A stretch of 64,000 bases of DNA from Octopus bimaculoides (Eukaryota). The DNA lies in the NCBI RefSeq assembly GCF_001194135.2, contig NC_068987.1:28535248-28599247 (forward strand). The letters are read 5' to 3'. Positions within the stretch are counted from its first letter, which is position 1, and each line of letters begins with the position of its first letter. The notes beneath the pieces are model-generated. The model was not told where the DNA came from. It did not search any database and saw nothing but the letters and a program-made list of their open reading frames with translations. Below are positions 26,792-39,477 of this stretch, one piece after another. Position numbers and translations under genes: made by a program.

Positions 26792-27235
26792 AGTGAGTGA
26801 GAGAGCAGTCCATGCCACCAAAATGATACTGGGGTAAAATATACGAAGCCCAGTACACACGGCATGACCAACCGTCTGATAAGTGTACACCAAGTACATG
26901 TATCACAACCCCATGGTCGAGTAGGCCATCACAAACAAATGGTCTCTTAATAGGGGTTGTTTAAGAATGATGAACAAATCACTAACGTTTCCAGAGGTGA
27001 ATTATTCAAACCTGAAAGATGTTCCCCATCTGCGCTCGTGATCAGAGTTACACATATCATCATCCACAAAACATGCTCAACTGTTTAACGTCAAGCAACT
27101 AATAAGTAAATCTGTGGTATTGCGCAGGACATTTGCTGCGGCCCATCCATTTATAACAAAACAAAAGACTGTACATGATAAATCATTCAATCATTTAAGA
27201 CCAAAAGCCATGGGAGGCAATATCTGGTACTCAAT
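26792..27235 (+). repeat. High-copy dispersed repeat, possibly a LINE (RTE) UTR, internally deleted
   Basis: gagagagcagtccatgccacc...ggggtaaaatatacgaagcccagta...ccgtctgataag...gtttccagaggtgaattattcaaacc. I recall this as an octopus repeat; the LINE assignment is inference. Confidence 0.5.
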
Positions 27236-27238
27236 AAG

Positions 27239-27352
27239 CTCTTCTTCTTCTTCTTCTTCTTCTTCTTCTTCTTCTTCTTCTTCTTCTTCTTCTTCTTCTT
27301 CTTCTTCTTCTTCTTCTTCTTCTTCTTCTTCTTCTTCTTCTTCTTCTTCTTC
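27239..27352. repeat. (CTT)n microsatellite, about 38 units
   Basis: Perfect trinucleotide run; explains the poly-S, poly-E and poly-K ORFs. Confidence 0.98.
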
Positions 27353-28902
27353 AGATCCATATACATCACCGATCACCGCTAAATATCAAACAAGAACAAA
27401 TGCATCATTAACAACATTAAAAATATCTCAACGAACATGCAACAGAAAGATTATTAGTCAAATAAGCAATTTCAAATTAGGGACAATACTGACAGGTTTG
27501 AGGGTCTGATATTCGATAAAACGGTCTCCTAACTGGACGAGTGGTACTTTGTTTTGCTTTGTTGAGCCAGAGAGAGGAGATGAAATGAAAGCTTGAGCTC
27601 AGCACGAGTTAAATTGGTAAATGAAAGAATCCGGGGAAATATCATATGTTAATTTTCAATGTTCTAATGATTCTGCCAATTCGACAATCTTGCATGATAG
27701 CATCCACTGAACAATAATAGATAATCGTCTAGCTGCTCTTCTGGTTTTTGTAACGCAAATCACATAACTGAGCAGACATATAATTTAGAGCATTGTGTTG
27801 AGATTCATATGCTACTTTTAAGCTTTTTCCTTTTCCATATGAGCTTCATTTCTTTTCACCATATACAGGTGCCTACTGTGGCTAAGGTACAGTCTTAAGA
27901 TCATTTCTACTTACAGTTTTGTATTCAGCGGCTTAGTTCATAGAATACTAAGATCATTTTAACAAGCAGTCCGTATAAATCTCTATCACGATGTGGTGAT
28001 GCGCAAAGAAGCCTTCGTTATTTAGCGTTTCTCTATTTTGAATAGACAGTGTTCAGTTTTGATTTGGGACAAAAATTATCTCATCAATAATTTATTGCAA
28101 ATAAAGATCGTTTCTAATGCATATTCGACATTAAAGGTAAGTCTTGCTTATTTTTAAAGAACGACCGTATGCAAAGATATATGTATGTAAGTATATATAT
28201 GCATATGTATATATATANNNNNNNNNNNNNNNNNNNNNNNNNNNNNNNNNNNNNNNNNNNNNNNNNNNNNNNNNNNNNNNNNNNNNNNNNNNNNNNNNNN
28301 NNNNNNNNNNNNNNNNNNNNNNNNNNNNNNNNNNNNNNNNNNNNNNNNNNNNNNNNNNNNNNNNNNNNNNNNNNNNNNNNNNNNNNNNNNNNNNNNNNNN
28401 NNNNNNNNNNNNNNNNNNNNNNNNNNNNNNNNNNNNNNNNNNNNNNNNNNNNNNNNNNNNNNNNNNNNNNNNNNNNNNNNNNNNNNNNNNNNNNNNNNNN
28501 NNNNNNNNNNNNNNNNNNNNNNNNNNNNNNNNNNNNNNNNNNNNNNNNNNNNNNNNNNNNNNNNNNNNNNNNNNNNNNNNNNNNNNNNNNNNNNNNNNNN
28601 NNNNNNNNNNNNNNNNNNNNNNNNNNNNNNNNNNNNNNNNNNNNNNNNNNNNNNNNNNNNNNNNNNNNNNNNNNNNNNNNNNNNNNNNNNNNNNNNNNNN
28701 NNNNNNNNNNNNNNNNNNNNNNNNNNNNNNNNNNNNNNNNNNNNNNNNNNNNNNNNNNNNNNNNNNNNNNNNNNNNNNNNNNNNNNNNNNNNNNNNNNNN
28801 NNNNNNNNNNNNNNNNNNNNNNNNNNNNNNNNNNNNNNNNNNNNNNNNNNNNNNNNNNNNNNNNNNNNNNNNNNNNNNNNNNNNNNNNNNNNNNNNNNNN
28901 NN

Positions 28903-28943
<41 letters not shown>

Positions 28944-29425
28944 AATACACCTACACAAGAACATATGCACACACACACACATATACAAATGAAAGTCGAA
29001 TTTATAAGTTTTAGAAAACCAAATAAAATACATATTTTATGAAATACCTTTTAAATATGAAGAACTTGAATCTAAACATTCCATATTATAAAATCTACAC
29101 AGGCACAACCCCACACCGACCACTCTATGACTAGAAAACAGAAACATTTAATTTTCATGTGTAACCTTTCAAAGTCTTCTTTATATTTCTTATATGTTCC
29201 CTATTAATAAGCTTTCAAGATTTTATAACATTCACTCATATTCCTCTCACCGTTAAATTGAAAATTATAGTACAAATTTTAAATATATTGTTTGCTTTCT
29301 CAGAAGCACGCAAGTCGATATAGCTGTTAAATTGCAGTAAAACAATTATGAAGTATATATATATATTTGTGTTCATACAAACGGAGGAACACACAAATAT
29401 ACACGTATAACGCTCAAACATACTG

Positions 29426-29464
<39 letters not shown>

Positions 29465-29950
29465 ACGTATGTATATGCATACGTATGTATATGTATAAAT
29501 ATGACACAATTATGTGAACCATCGAAGATTTTAATATATATCCATGATAAAAGCTGTGAATGAAGCTATACAAATATCTATCTATCTATCTATCTATCTA
29601 AGTGTCTATCAATCTAACTCTCTGTCTCTCTATCTCTCCATCTGTCAAGCTAGCGCTGTTTATATTTACAAACATATATGTGTGTGTGTGCTTTTATATT
29701 ATATGCATATTGACATGTGTGCGCGTGCTTGTGAATGACTATGTATGCATGCACATATAAACATGTATATAGATGCATATATATATGTCTATATATATAT
29801 ACGTATATACGTATATACGCGTGTGTGTGTGTGTGTGTAGTGAGATAGATATTCACATATATATGCATATATATTTATATATGTATACATATATATATAC
29901 ACATGTATAATATTTATATAGATATATATATATATATATATATATTTATG

Positions 29951-29985
<35 letters not shown>

Positions 29986-30033
29986 TTGTGCGTATATGTG
30001 TACATATATATATATGCCTATTTGTGTTTGTAG

Positions 30034-30136
30034 GAGATATGGTTTCGAACAGAAATGCTATTTAGAAATTGAAGGCGTGAAAACTGGAACCTGGTTTCCT
30101 TGGCCACCTGAAACATTACATAATGGATGGGATTGA
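30034..30136 (+). CDS. Candidate exon encoding [33 protein letters not shown]
   Basis: Acceptor tttgtgtttgtag and donor TTGA|gtatgt. The only frame open across the exon ends in TGA at its last codon. I recognised no homolog. Confidence 0.3.
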
Positions 30137-30589
30137 GTATGTCACTTCGTATATTACGTGAATGAATTCTTTAAAATCTATCTCTTAATTGATATTCTGT
30201 ATAAAAATATTGTTACTGATAATCAATTAGCTGTAAAGAATAAAATTCGAGGCAATACATATTCCGTAGGACAAGTATCTATCAGAATTGTTTCAAACAT
30301 ATTTCAGCGTGTCTAAATTAGTTAACCTAATATGATTTGATGATTAGTTGTCAACATTATTTTAGGTTGGCGTTAAGAAATTCCTTTGTAGAAGTGTTTT
30401 ATTCATAATCGTTATGACAGATAATAAGCTTCCTCATCTGTTTAATTTACTGTGTTAATAAAAGCTTGCTAATGACCAGCAATTAATTCACATATACGTC
30501 CGAACAATGGCGTGCATTATAGATTTTAATTTTCACTATTTATGTACGTGTGTGAGCCTGTGTATTTGTGTTTCTGCATGTTTCTATGT

Positions 30590-30626
<37 letters not shown>

Positions 30627-31959
30627 NNNNNNNNNNNNNNNNNNNNNNNNNNNNNNNNNNNNNNNNNNNNNNNNNNNNNNNNNNNNNNNNNNNNNNNNNN
30701 NNNNNNNNNNNNNNNNNNNNNNNNNNNNNNNNNNNNNNNNNNNNNNNNNNNNNNNNNNNNNNNNNNNNNNNNNNNNNNNNNNNNNNNNNNNNNNNNNNNN
30801 NNNNNNNNNNNNNNNNNNNNNNNNNNNNNNNNNNNNNNNNNNNNNNNNNNNNNNNNNNNNNNNNNNNNNNNNNNNNNNNNNNNNNNNNNNNNNNNNNNNN
30901 NNNNNNNNNNNNNNNNNNNNNNNNNNNNNNNNNNNNNNNNNTATATATATATATATATATATATCCGTTTGTATGTATGTATATGCATGTGTAACAAAGA
31001 GAATGAAAACGTCGCTTCTAATGCTGCATTGCTATCTATATTTTATGTACAGGTGTTACGTGAAAATTTGCAAACCTGAATTACAAGGACACATAACCTC
31101 AGTTACGTAAACAATGTTTGGGGTTTGTCATTAAGTTTCGAAACCAAGAAATAATGACAAAAATAAACCCGGGCAATCATGGAATACACTCTAGACCATT
31201 TTCAGGTTATGCTGAAAATATAAATAAAAGAAGAGTAAAAGAACTAACAAATCGTCATTTCTGTAACGGACAGTAACGAGGTCTTTCTGTAAAGTTGTTT
31301 CTCGTAACGAGTCAAATTAAATCTGCCAATCGGTTTTAATCTGGTATAGTGTAACAAATGCATTATGCGGTACCAAGTGGTATGGATAAGGCTGACGTCA
31401 TTGTGCTTGTGTTTTTTACAGCTTAGTGTCTAAAAGGAAACGAGAAGAGGAAATAAGTCATCCAGTTCTCTGAGAACTCATATATTCCTACAAATGGTGT
31501 TAGAAATCTTGTCACAATACCGGTACCAAGTAGTAGTTTATGATTTTCAAGACAAAATGTTTTATGCCCTAACAGCACACAAACAGCATATAATTTTGTA
31601 ATTTATAATCATCTTCACTAGTATAAATTGAACATTCTAGGGAAATGTGAGGAACAGAAAATCAGTATTAAGTGGATGAGAAACAGAGAACAAGTGTGAG
31701 AGAATAAAAGGTACATACAGAGAAATATCATCCTCTGCATCTGTTTCAAAATTCTTCCACGATCCATAAATTATGTGTTTCAGTGACGTAAGCTTTATCA
31801 CATTGATTGCCGGAAGACGTATATATATTTATATGCACACACACGCGCGCGCACGTACACACGCGTGCACATATATATACTCATATACATATATAAGTAT
31901 ATATTTATATAAATATATATATTTATTTATATAAATTAGTTTTGTCAGTGTATTTACTG

Positions 31960-32303
31960 CGCTGATATCCTGTCCGGGATCGCACGAGAAGTTGTTTAGG
32001 CGGGCTATTTAAGCTAGTCGTGTGCATACGTGCATATATATGTATGTATACGTCCGTATGTGTAAGTATACTGTTTATATACATGTATTTGTATTTATGT
32101 ACTTGAGTATATTTCACTGATGAAGGCAGAGCATTTATGCAAAGCCAGAAATCCAGGATTTGAAATTATCTTATTATTTTTACTGGTTTATTTGGTCTTC
32201 GTCTTCGCTAATCGTGCCTTGCGGACATTTATTGTGGTTTTGGAGTCAGGATTTGACTGCTATTTTTTCAGCGTGGTGGTATCTCTTGATACCCTGTATT
32301 ATA
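31960..32303 (+). mobile_element. Probable PLE terminal-repeat fragment carrying a hammerhead
   Basis: A TATA-like ggcgggctatttaag lies upstream of the hammerhead at 32111. The PLE assignment is inferred from the ribozyme type. Confidence 0.4.
32111..32166 (+). ncRNA. Minimal type-I hammerhead ribozyme motif with an intact core
   Basis: AUUUCA-CUGAUGA-AGGC agaGCAuuuaUGCaaa GCC-A-GAAA-UCCAGGA-UU-UGAAAU. Stem I is a perfect 6 bp, both core strands are intact, and stem III is near-palindromic (AUCC.GGAU). Confidence 0.7.
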
Positions 32304-33164
32304 NNNNNNNNNNNNNNNNNNNNNNNNNNNNNNNNNNNNNNNNNNNNNNNNNNNNNNNNNNNNNNNNNNNNNNNNNNNNNNNNNNNNNNNNNNNNNNNNN
32401 NNNNNNNNNNNNNNNNNNNNNNNNNNNNNNNNNNNNNNNNNNNNNNNNNNNNNNNNNNNNNNNNNNNNNNNNNNNNNNNNNNNNNNNNNNNNNNNNNNNN
32501 NNNNNNNNNNNNNNNNNNNNNNNNNNNNNNNNNNNNNNNNNNNNNNNNNNNNNNNNNNNNNNNNNNNNNNNNNNNNNNNNNNNNNNNNNNNNNNNNNNNN
32601 NNNNNNNNNNNNNNNNNNNNNNNNNNNNNNNNNNNNNNNNNNNNNNNNNNNNNNNNNNNNNNNNNNNNNNNNNNNNNNNNNNNNNNNNNNNNNNNNNNNN
32701 NNNNNNNNNNNNNNNNNNNNNNNNNNNNNNNNNNNNNNNNNNNNNNNNNNNNNNNNNNNNNNNNNNNNNNNNNNNNNNNNNNNNNNNNNNNNNNNNNNNN
32801 NNNNNNNNNNNNNNNNNNNNNNNNNNNNNNNNNNNNNNNNNNNNNNNNNNNNNNNNNNNNNNNNNNNNNNNNNNNNNNNNNNNNNNNNNNNNNNNNNNNN
32901 NNNNNNNNNNNNNNNNNNNNNNNNNNNNNNNNNNNNNNNNNNNNNNNNNNNNNNNNNNNNNNNNNNNNNNNNNNNNNNNNNNNNNNNNNNNNNNNNNNNN
33001 NNNNNNNNNNNNNNNNNNNNNNNNNNNNNNNNNNNNNNNNNNNNNNNNNNNNNNNNNNNNNNNNNNNNNNNNNNNNNNNNNNNNNNNNNNNNNNNNNNNN
33101 NNNNNNNNNNNNNNNNNNNNNNNNNNNNNNTATATGCAAATATATGCATATATATATACATATA

Positions 33165-33200
<36 letters not shown>

Positions 33201-33321
33201 CATAATTAATGGATCAGCAACAGTTGCTTCACCATATTACCGAAGCTCAGAAATAGCAGCTAAAGTGGTGAAACTCCAACAGATAGTAATACTTGTAACT
33301 CACAAAGGCAAAACAAGGAAA

Positions 33322-33665
33322 AAAAATAATGAAACTAACCAGTCGTAGTTAATCATAGACGCGTCTCTGGCTTAGAAAAGTAAAACTTTTCATTTCCTCA
33401 TCAGGATGACATTCCAGTTTTGAAAATTCGACGATATTGGCAATTGTACATGCACGACCGAGCGCCATCGTGCATCTGCACAATAGGAACAGCATCTCCG
33501 ATCTTACATAGGCCAGCCAGTTGTTATCCCTCCTCAAGAATTACCATGTGCGTCACAAGGAATACCGCAGTAAATCTACGGTTTACTATAAGGGAGTGAA
33601 TAATTATTACAAATAAAAGGGTAAAAGATTATCAATTTATTGATGCATTAAAACATTAATAATTA
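33322..33665 (-). mobile_element. Hammerhead-bearing ~350-bp repeat (family A), copy 2
   Basis: Colinear with 12698-13050. Confidence 0.75.
33352..33410 (-). ncRNA. Hammerhead motif, degenerate (GAAA changed to GAGA)
   Basis: Minus strand reads GUCAUC-CUGAUGA-GG aaau GAAAAG uuuua CUUUUC uaag CC-A-GAGA-CGCG-UC-UAUGAU. Confidence 0.6.
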
Positions 33666-34837
33666 ATAATTTTTACCGAGCCCTTCGGTAACTGAAAAGT
33701 AAGTAGAAGACAAAATCAACCATAATGGACAGTACCTGCAGATTTCTTATTATGAAGTCGAACGCTCTTTAACAAAGGCACTGTGCAAATTATACATGAA
33801 ACAATTGGGAAGAATTATCGAACTTACAAGTAATATTTGATAATGTAATCTTTCAGAAAAAGGAAATCCAAATATTTTCTCCCGTTCATTTTACGCCTAA
33901 GCTTGGCTAGTGTAGCACTCTTTATTGTACAGTAAGTTATGTTAGAATTTCAAGAAAATATGACAACCAAATATCAAAACACCATGATGTAGCATTATGA
34001 AGTCACTCAAGGCTGAAGATAAGAATTGTGAGCTCCCAAATAAATTGGATGAATGTCTGCCAAATATAAATACTACGGAAAATGTTCAAGAATTTAAAAG
34101 GTGCTTCAGAGAAGCAACATATTCATAAGAAATACTTGGACTGCCTCATCATAATCCTAAGGATTGAATTAACGAGAATAACGTTCATTTTAAGTAGAAA
34201 AGAACATAGATTCAATGTGCAGCAGATGAGAAGCATATTAAAGTATGCTATCAAAGGTTGAAAATGGGTAGTCGACCTAAGCTAAGTGTTTCATTTTCTG
34301 TCAGCATTGTACATTGCTGACTGAAAAGCATATGACTTTACCAAGATAAAAAGAAGAATTAGAAACGATTTAAATTACGAGTTAATCAAATAACGGATTA
34401 AACACTTAAGGCATTCCTCATTTTCAAAGTTAACGTTGTAACAAATTAAATATTTTCTGGGAAATATTTGTAGATTACAAATATATTGTGAAAAGGAACT
34501 GTGACCACATTGTGTGTAATTGTTTTGTAGTTGTTTCTGCAATATAGAGTGTTGAACATGTTCTTTGAGACCTTAAGAAAGTCTCTGTACAAAACATACG
34601 CACTTTAGTAATTGTTACAGAAGGTACACTTTTCGGCATCTTACCCGTAATTAATGTTTCCCCCAACAGGGGAAAACACACGATAGCATTCAAACGAAGA
34701 CTATCACCCAAATGATTATAACAGGAACAATAGTTATAATAGGAAATAACACAAAAACAGTCAGTAGAAACTTGCACTTACTATACAGGTGCTCTGCAAT
34801 AATAATTACCAATAAATCCAAACTCACACAGACGAAA

Positions 34838-35059
34838 TACCTATTTCGTTATTGCCCACAAGGAGCTAAACATAGAAGGAACAAACAAGAACAGACGAAC
34901 GGATTAAGTCGATTACATCGACCCCAGTGCGTAACTGGTACTTAATTTATCGACCCCGAACGGATGAAAAGTAAAGTCGACCTCAGCGGAATTTGAACTC
35001 AGACGAAATACCGCTAAGCATTTCATTCGGTGTGCTAACGTTTCTGCCAGCTCGCCGCC
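34838..35059 (-). mobile_element. SINE family 2, well-preserved copy
   Basis: The reverse complement reads ggcggcgagctggcagaaacgttagcac...gagttcaaattccgctgaggtcgactttacttttcatccgttcggggtcgataaattaagtaccagttacgcactggggtcgatgtaatcgac. Confidence 0.95.
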
Positions 35060-35663
35060 ATATTGAGTGAATAATATTGCAAAATTCCGGGTTCTTTTGT
35101 GTTCCCACTTGTAAGTCGTAACTTAAGGTCGTTTTCTGCTGTTTGGTCTACTTTATCTCCATTTCATTTCGCTCTTATCTTATTCCTTGCTCCTTTTTTC
35201 TTCTATTCTACAATATTGAAAGTTTAATATTTGGCGATATTTCGGATTCTTCTGAAAGTGAAGTTACCCAACCATCAATGTGTAAGTGCTCTAATTTGCA
35301 TTCGAATGCATATAAATGCGTTCGTTTTTCTGCGTATTGTATTTTTGCCGAGTAATACCGATGAATAAGACAGGTGACATTTACTCGAGAAACAAAGCTT
35401 ATTTCCTCATGCAATTGGATTCTGTCAACATCACGAAACACATGTACATTACATAAAACTTTGACACCGACTACGTCTGCTGAGTTTCTTTTCTTTTTCA
35501 TATATGACGTACAAAATTTGCATCCTAAGACTTTGATAAGTCAACCATTTCAGTTAAAAACCCTGTAATCGACTCCATGTTTTTATTTATACAACAAATA
35601 CGGTGTTGAGTACTCATTCGTACTGTAAGATATTATGATATATATAAAATATTATTGTAAGTA

Positions 35664-35698
<35 letters not shown>

Positions 35699-37244
35699 CA
35701 TATACGCATGTATACATGCATTCATACATACACGCATAAATATCAACCTATCTACATACATGCAAACATACTTACTTACAAGCATACACACACACAGGAA
35801 ACGCACACACGCACGCACATGCACACGCGCAGACTCACATACACACTCAGATACTCACAGTATCACAAACATATATACAATTATAAGGTAAGGAGCAAAT
35901 GTATAATTTTCACAAACGTTAATGATCTGCATCACTCGTGTTTGTTGCTCGTCTCTTGTCTAGTATTATGAGAAAATTATTACAGACTAACACCAAGTAC
36001 TTTTGAGTTAACACATAATACATTTGACAAGATTATATTCTGCAAACGAAGTTTTCAAATTGACGAAACTTAATTGAATGATGCATGCCCATCGCTACAT
36101 TTTAATGGCCAGTGTTGTCTCAGAGATCATACAGCTTTGTTCTATAGTCTATAAAATTGCTAAGTTTTCCATTGAATACAACTAATATGGTTTTCACAAA
36201 TTTAATTTTATTTCTCATTTAACTTGAGTTTGATCTTATTTAAACTCGTAAATACGAGAATATGCAGAGATTATGAAAAGTAAAAGGTGACATGAACTAA
36301 CCGGGTATTTTTCACCACTATTGCAGTTTGCAATATTCAATTTACTGTGCTACAAATTATATGTCTAATTCACATCTGTCCCATCGACATAGCAAAGAGA
36401 AAAATGATGCATGTTTTCTTAATAAAAATGTTTATGCAGTTACAAGACTTCGCATGTATTTCTTATCATGGTTTACTACTGAGTTGTTAAGGAATGTCTC
36501 AAGCATCAATTTGTGCTTTGGGAAACACCACCAATAATTTCTGTTTTTCCGACCGAAAGTTTCAATATATGATCTGTGATATATATATATATATATATAG
36601 TAACATGCGCTACATTTGGTCGCCTAAGAAACATACGGTAAACAGGGAAAATATGCGCAAAGGACGTGGACACTCTAGCCCCTCATCAGTTATCGCCTAA
36701 TAATCATCACAAGTTCGACTCATTATAGAGAATACTGTTCAATTTCGCGGCGTTAAGAGGAAAAAAAGTTTATATAAAACAAATATGACGTACATAAACA
36801 CACACGCACACACATGCATACATATACATGCACACACGATTATAGTAAAAGACCGTTATGGAGGATAGATGGATCAGATAACAGCAAATATTGAGGCAAA
36901 AATAACTCGTTTGAACCTAAAAGAGGTAGGACTACAACATACGAATGAGGCGAATATATTACAGGGAAACCGATACATGTGACGCTGTTCAACAAAAAGA
37001 ATGTAGTTTTTCAGTTTGGCAAAAGGAGAACACAAACGGGGAAAAAAACATGGATTAAAGATTGGGATACATGTTTTGTTGATTTATAACTGGGAAAACA
37101 TGCAAAGTAAACGACGTGCGCGGTGTGAGAGACAAATTGAAAGAAATTTGGAATTGGTTCATTAGCAGTGCAGGAGAAATGAAGTTAGATGAAAGAGAAA
37201 ATAAGTAAGTACAGAAAAAGGAAAGACTAAGTGTTAAGAAAAAT

Positions 37245-37252
37245 AGGAAGAG

Positions 37253-37298
<46 letters not shown>

Positions 37299-37495
37299 GA
37301 AGGAAGGAAGGAAGGAAGGAAGGAAGGAAGGAAGAAAGAAAGAAAGAAAGAAAGGAAGAAAGGAAGGAAGAAAGAAAGAAAGCACGAAATAAAGAAAGGA
37401 AGGAAGGAAGAAAGGAAGGAAGAAAGAAAGAACGAAAGAAAGAACGAAAGAAAGAAAGAAAGAAATAAATAAAGAAAGAAAGAAAGAAAGAACGA

Positions 37496-37530
<35 letters not shown>

Positions 37531-37563
37531 GAAGGAAGAAAGGAAGGAAGAAAGGAAGGAAAA

Positions 37564-37615
<52 letters not shown>

Positions 37616-37669
37616 ACGAAATAAAGAAAGGAAGGAAGAAAGAAAGAAAGAAAGGAAGGAAGAAAGGAA

Positions 37670-37709
<40 letters not shown>

Positions 37710-37780
37710 CAAAGAAACAAAGAAACAAGGAAAGAAAGAACGAAAGAAAGATAGAACGAAAGAAAGAACGAAAGAAAAAT
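37245..37780. repeat. Compound (AAAG)n/(AAGG)n purine-strand satellite, about 540 bp
   Basis: Directly visible; explains the FLSF-rich ORFs. Confidence 0.97.
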
Positions 37781-38036
37781 AGAATGACCACTTCTGTTTG
37801 AATGAAAAAATGAGAGTAAGGCAGGAGTTTGAGGAAGTGCGAACTCGACAACGTTCGAATTGAGAAAGACAAAGTGAAGTAACCAAATGGTATTGGCCCA
37901 GCATTTCTCCATAGGTCAGTTATTACAGCATTTCTCCCAAGTGACACTCAGGATGAAGAATTTAAAAATTGTTTTACGTAAAAAGTATCCGTAATCTTAA
38001 TAGCAGTATTATATGTGTCATTATTAATGAAAATAA

Positions 38037-38260
38037 AGGCAACGAGCAAGCAGACCAATAGGACGTTGGACGAAATGATTAGTGGCACATTGTCCCTCTT
38101 TATGTTCTGAGTTCAAAATCTGTGGAGGTCCACTTTTCCTTCCTTCCTTCCTTTCGGAACCGATAAAATAAGTATCAATCAAGTGATGTTGTCAATATAA
38201 TGGCGTTCACCCTTCCCTCAACAACTACTTGCCTTGTGCCAAAATTTAAAACGATTATTA
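38037..38260 (+). mobile_element. SINE family 2, diverged
   Basis: ggcaacgagcaagcaga...gttctgagttcaaaatctgtggaggtccactttt...cctttcggaaccgataaaataagta. Confidence 0.8.
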
Positions 38261-38339
38261 ACTACAATACATAGCATTATATTTCGATAACTCTGCGTTG
38301 ACAATTGTAACTATCATCATCGTCGTCGTCATCATCATA

Positions 38340-38372
<33 letters not shown>

Positions 38373-39234
38373 TTCATCATCTTCATCATCATCATCATTA
38401 GTGGTCTCATTGATGAAATTTCCTGTAAATGACAATCATTGTTTTGCTCCAGATCATCATTTAATCAATATTTTATCTAATTTCCGAAAAAGGATGAGTA
38501 CAAATGTCCGAAAATTTTGCAGTCATCTCATCATTGGTGTCAAATATCTGAACTAAGTATGTATTGACAATTATTATAAATAGTGTTGAAAACTTTATGT
38601 GTGAAATGTTGGGTCTATGTTATAAACACTGTAAATGTGAAAGTTCATTTATCTCTAGTAACGTATACTAAATCATAGGAAATATTTGTGACATTCGAGA
38701 AAAATATATCGTGTCACTTAGGTTGTATCTTACCGCAGTAATATGTCAGCTGTTGTCTTGTAATCTCGTAGCAGTCCTTATCTAGTTGTCCTAAAGTAGT
38801 ACTAGCCTATCGAAAGATGTCTTCTGGCATATACCCATCTTCCCAGTTATATGATGTCTTTATCTAAATGATATCTCTATTGCACACGTTGCAGTCTCCG
38901 ACCTGCAGAGGTACCGTATTTTATCGTATATAGTGTGACAGTTTGGAGATTCTAAATTTATACACTCGAGACGGTTATTTATTTTTACAACAGCAGGTTC
39001 TGGTTGTAACTAAACAAAGCATTGAATCATGCATTTCAAAATCTTTATTTGTGCAAATGAGAACAGCGAGGTTAATGTTGTTTCTACGTGTGCTTCCAAT
39101 GCTTTCTCATCTTAATGAGATAAATAGAGTTTTTAGTATCTTTTTGTGGAGTTAGGGAATGCCATATATGTTTCTGGAGATTAGGTCTGTTATTATTATG
39201 TAGTGACAGTGACTTTGATGTTGAAAGAAGTATA

Positions 39235-39447
39235 TTGGTTTTAAATTTCGGAATAAGGCCAGCAACTTCAGTGGAGGGGCAAGTGGATTAAATCGATCCC
39301 AGTACTAAAGTGGTACTTATTTTTTCGACCTCAAAATGAGGAGAGGTAAAATCGACGTCGGCCGAATTTGGACTCAGAACGTAACGACGGACGAAATGAC
39401 GCTAAACATTTTGCCCGCTGAGCTGATGACTCTACCAGCTCGGCCCT
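39235..39447 (-). mobile_element. SINE family 2
   Basis: atcgatcccagtactaaagtggtacttatttt.tcgacc...gaatttggactcagaacgtaacgacggacgaaatg. Confidence 0.85.
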
Positions 39448-39477
39448 CTTCAATTAAATGAAGAGTATTGCGACAGT

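Noticed and set aside
27114-27509. Poly-S, poly-E and poly-K ORFs
   Set aside because: They are translations of (CTT)n.
35208-35501. 97-aa minus-strand ORF; likewise the ORFs at 8460, 34475, 51887 and 57655
   Set aside because: They have no recognisable domain and no convincing paired splice signals, and their lengths are attainable by chance in a 64-kb window.
36610-36700. Minus-strand CTGATGAGGGG with a downstream CCCT
   Set aside because: There is no GAAA core strand or convincing stem I.
37055-37947. 225-285-aa FLSF-rich ORFs on the minus strand
   Set aside because: They are translations of the (AAAG/AAGG)n satellite.
38732-38902. Minus-strand segment with acceptor ctctgcag and donor G|gtaaga
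   Set aside because: All three frames contain stops and there is no other support; at best it is a non-coding exon.
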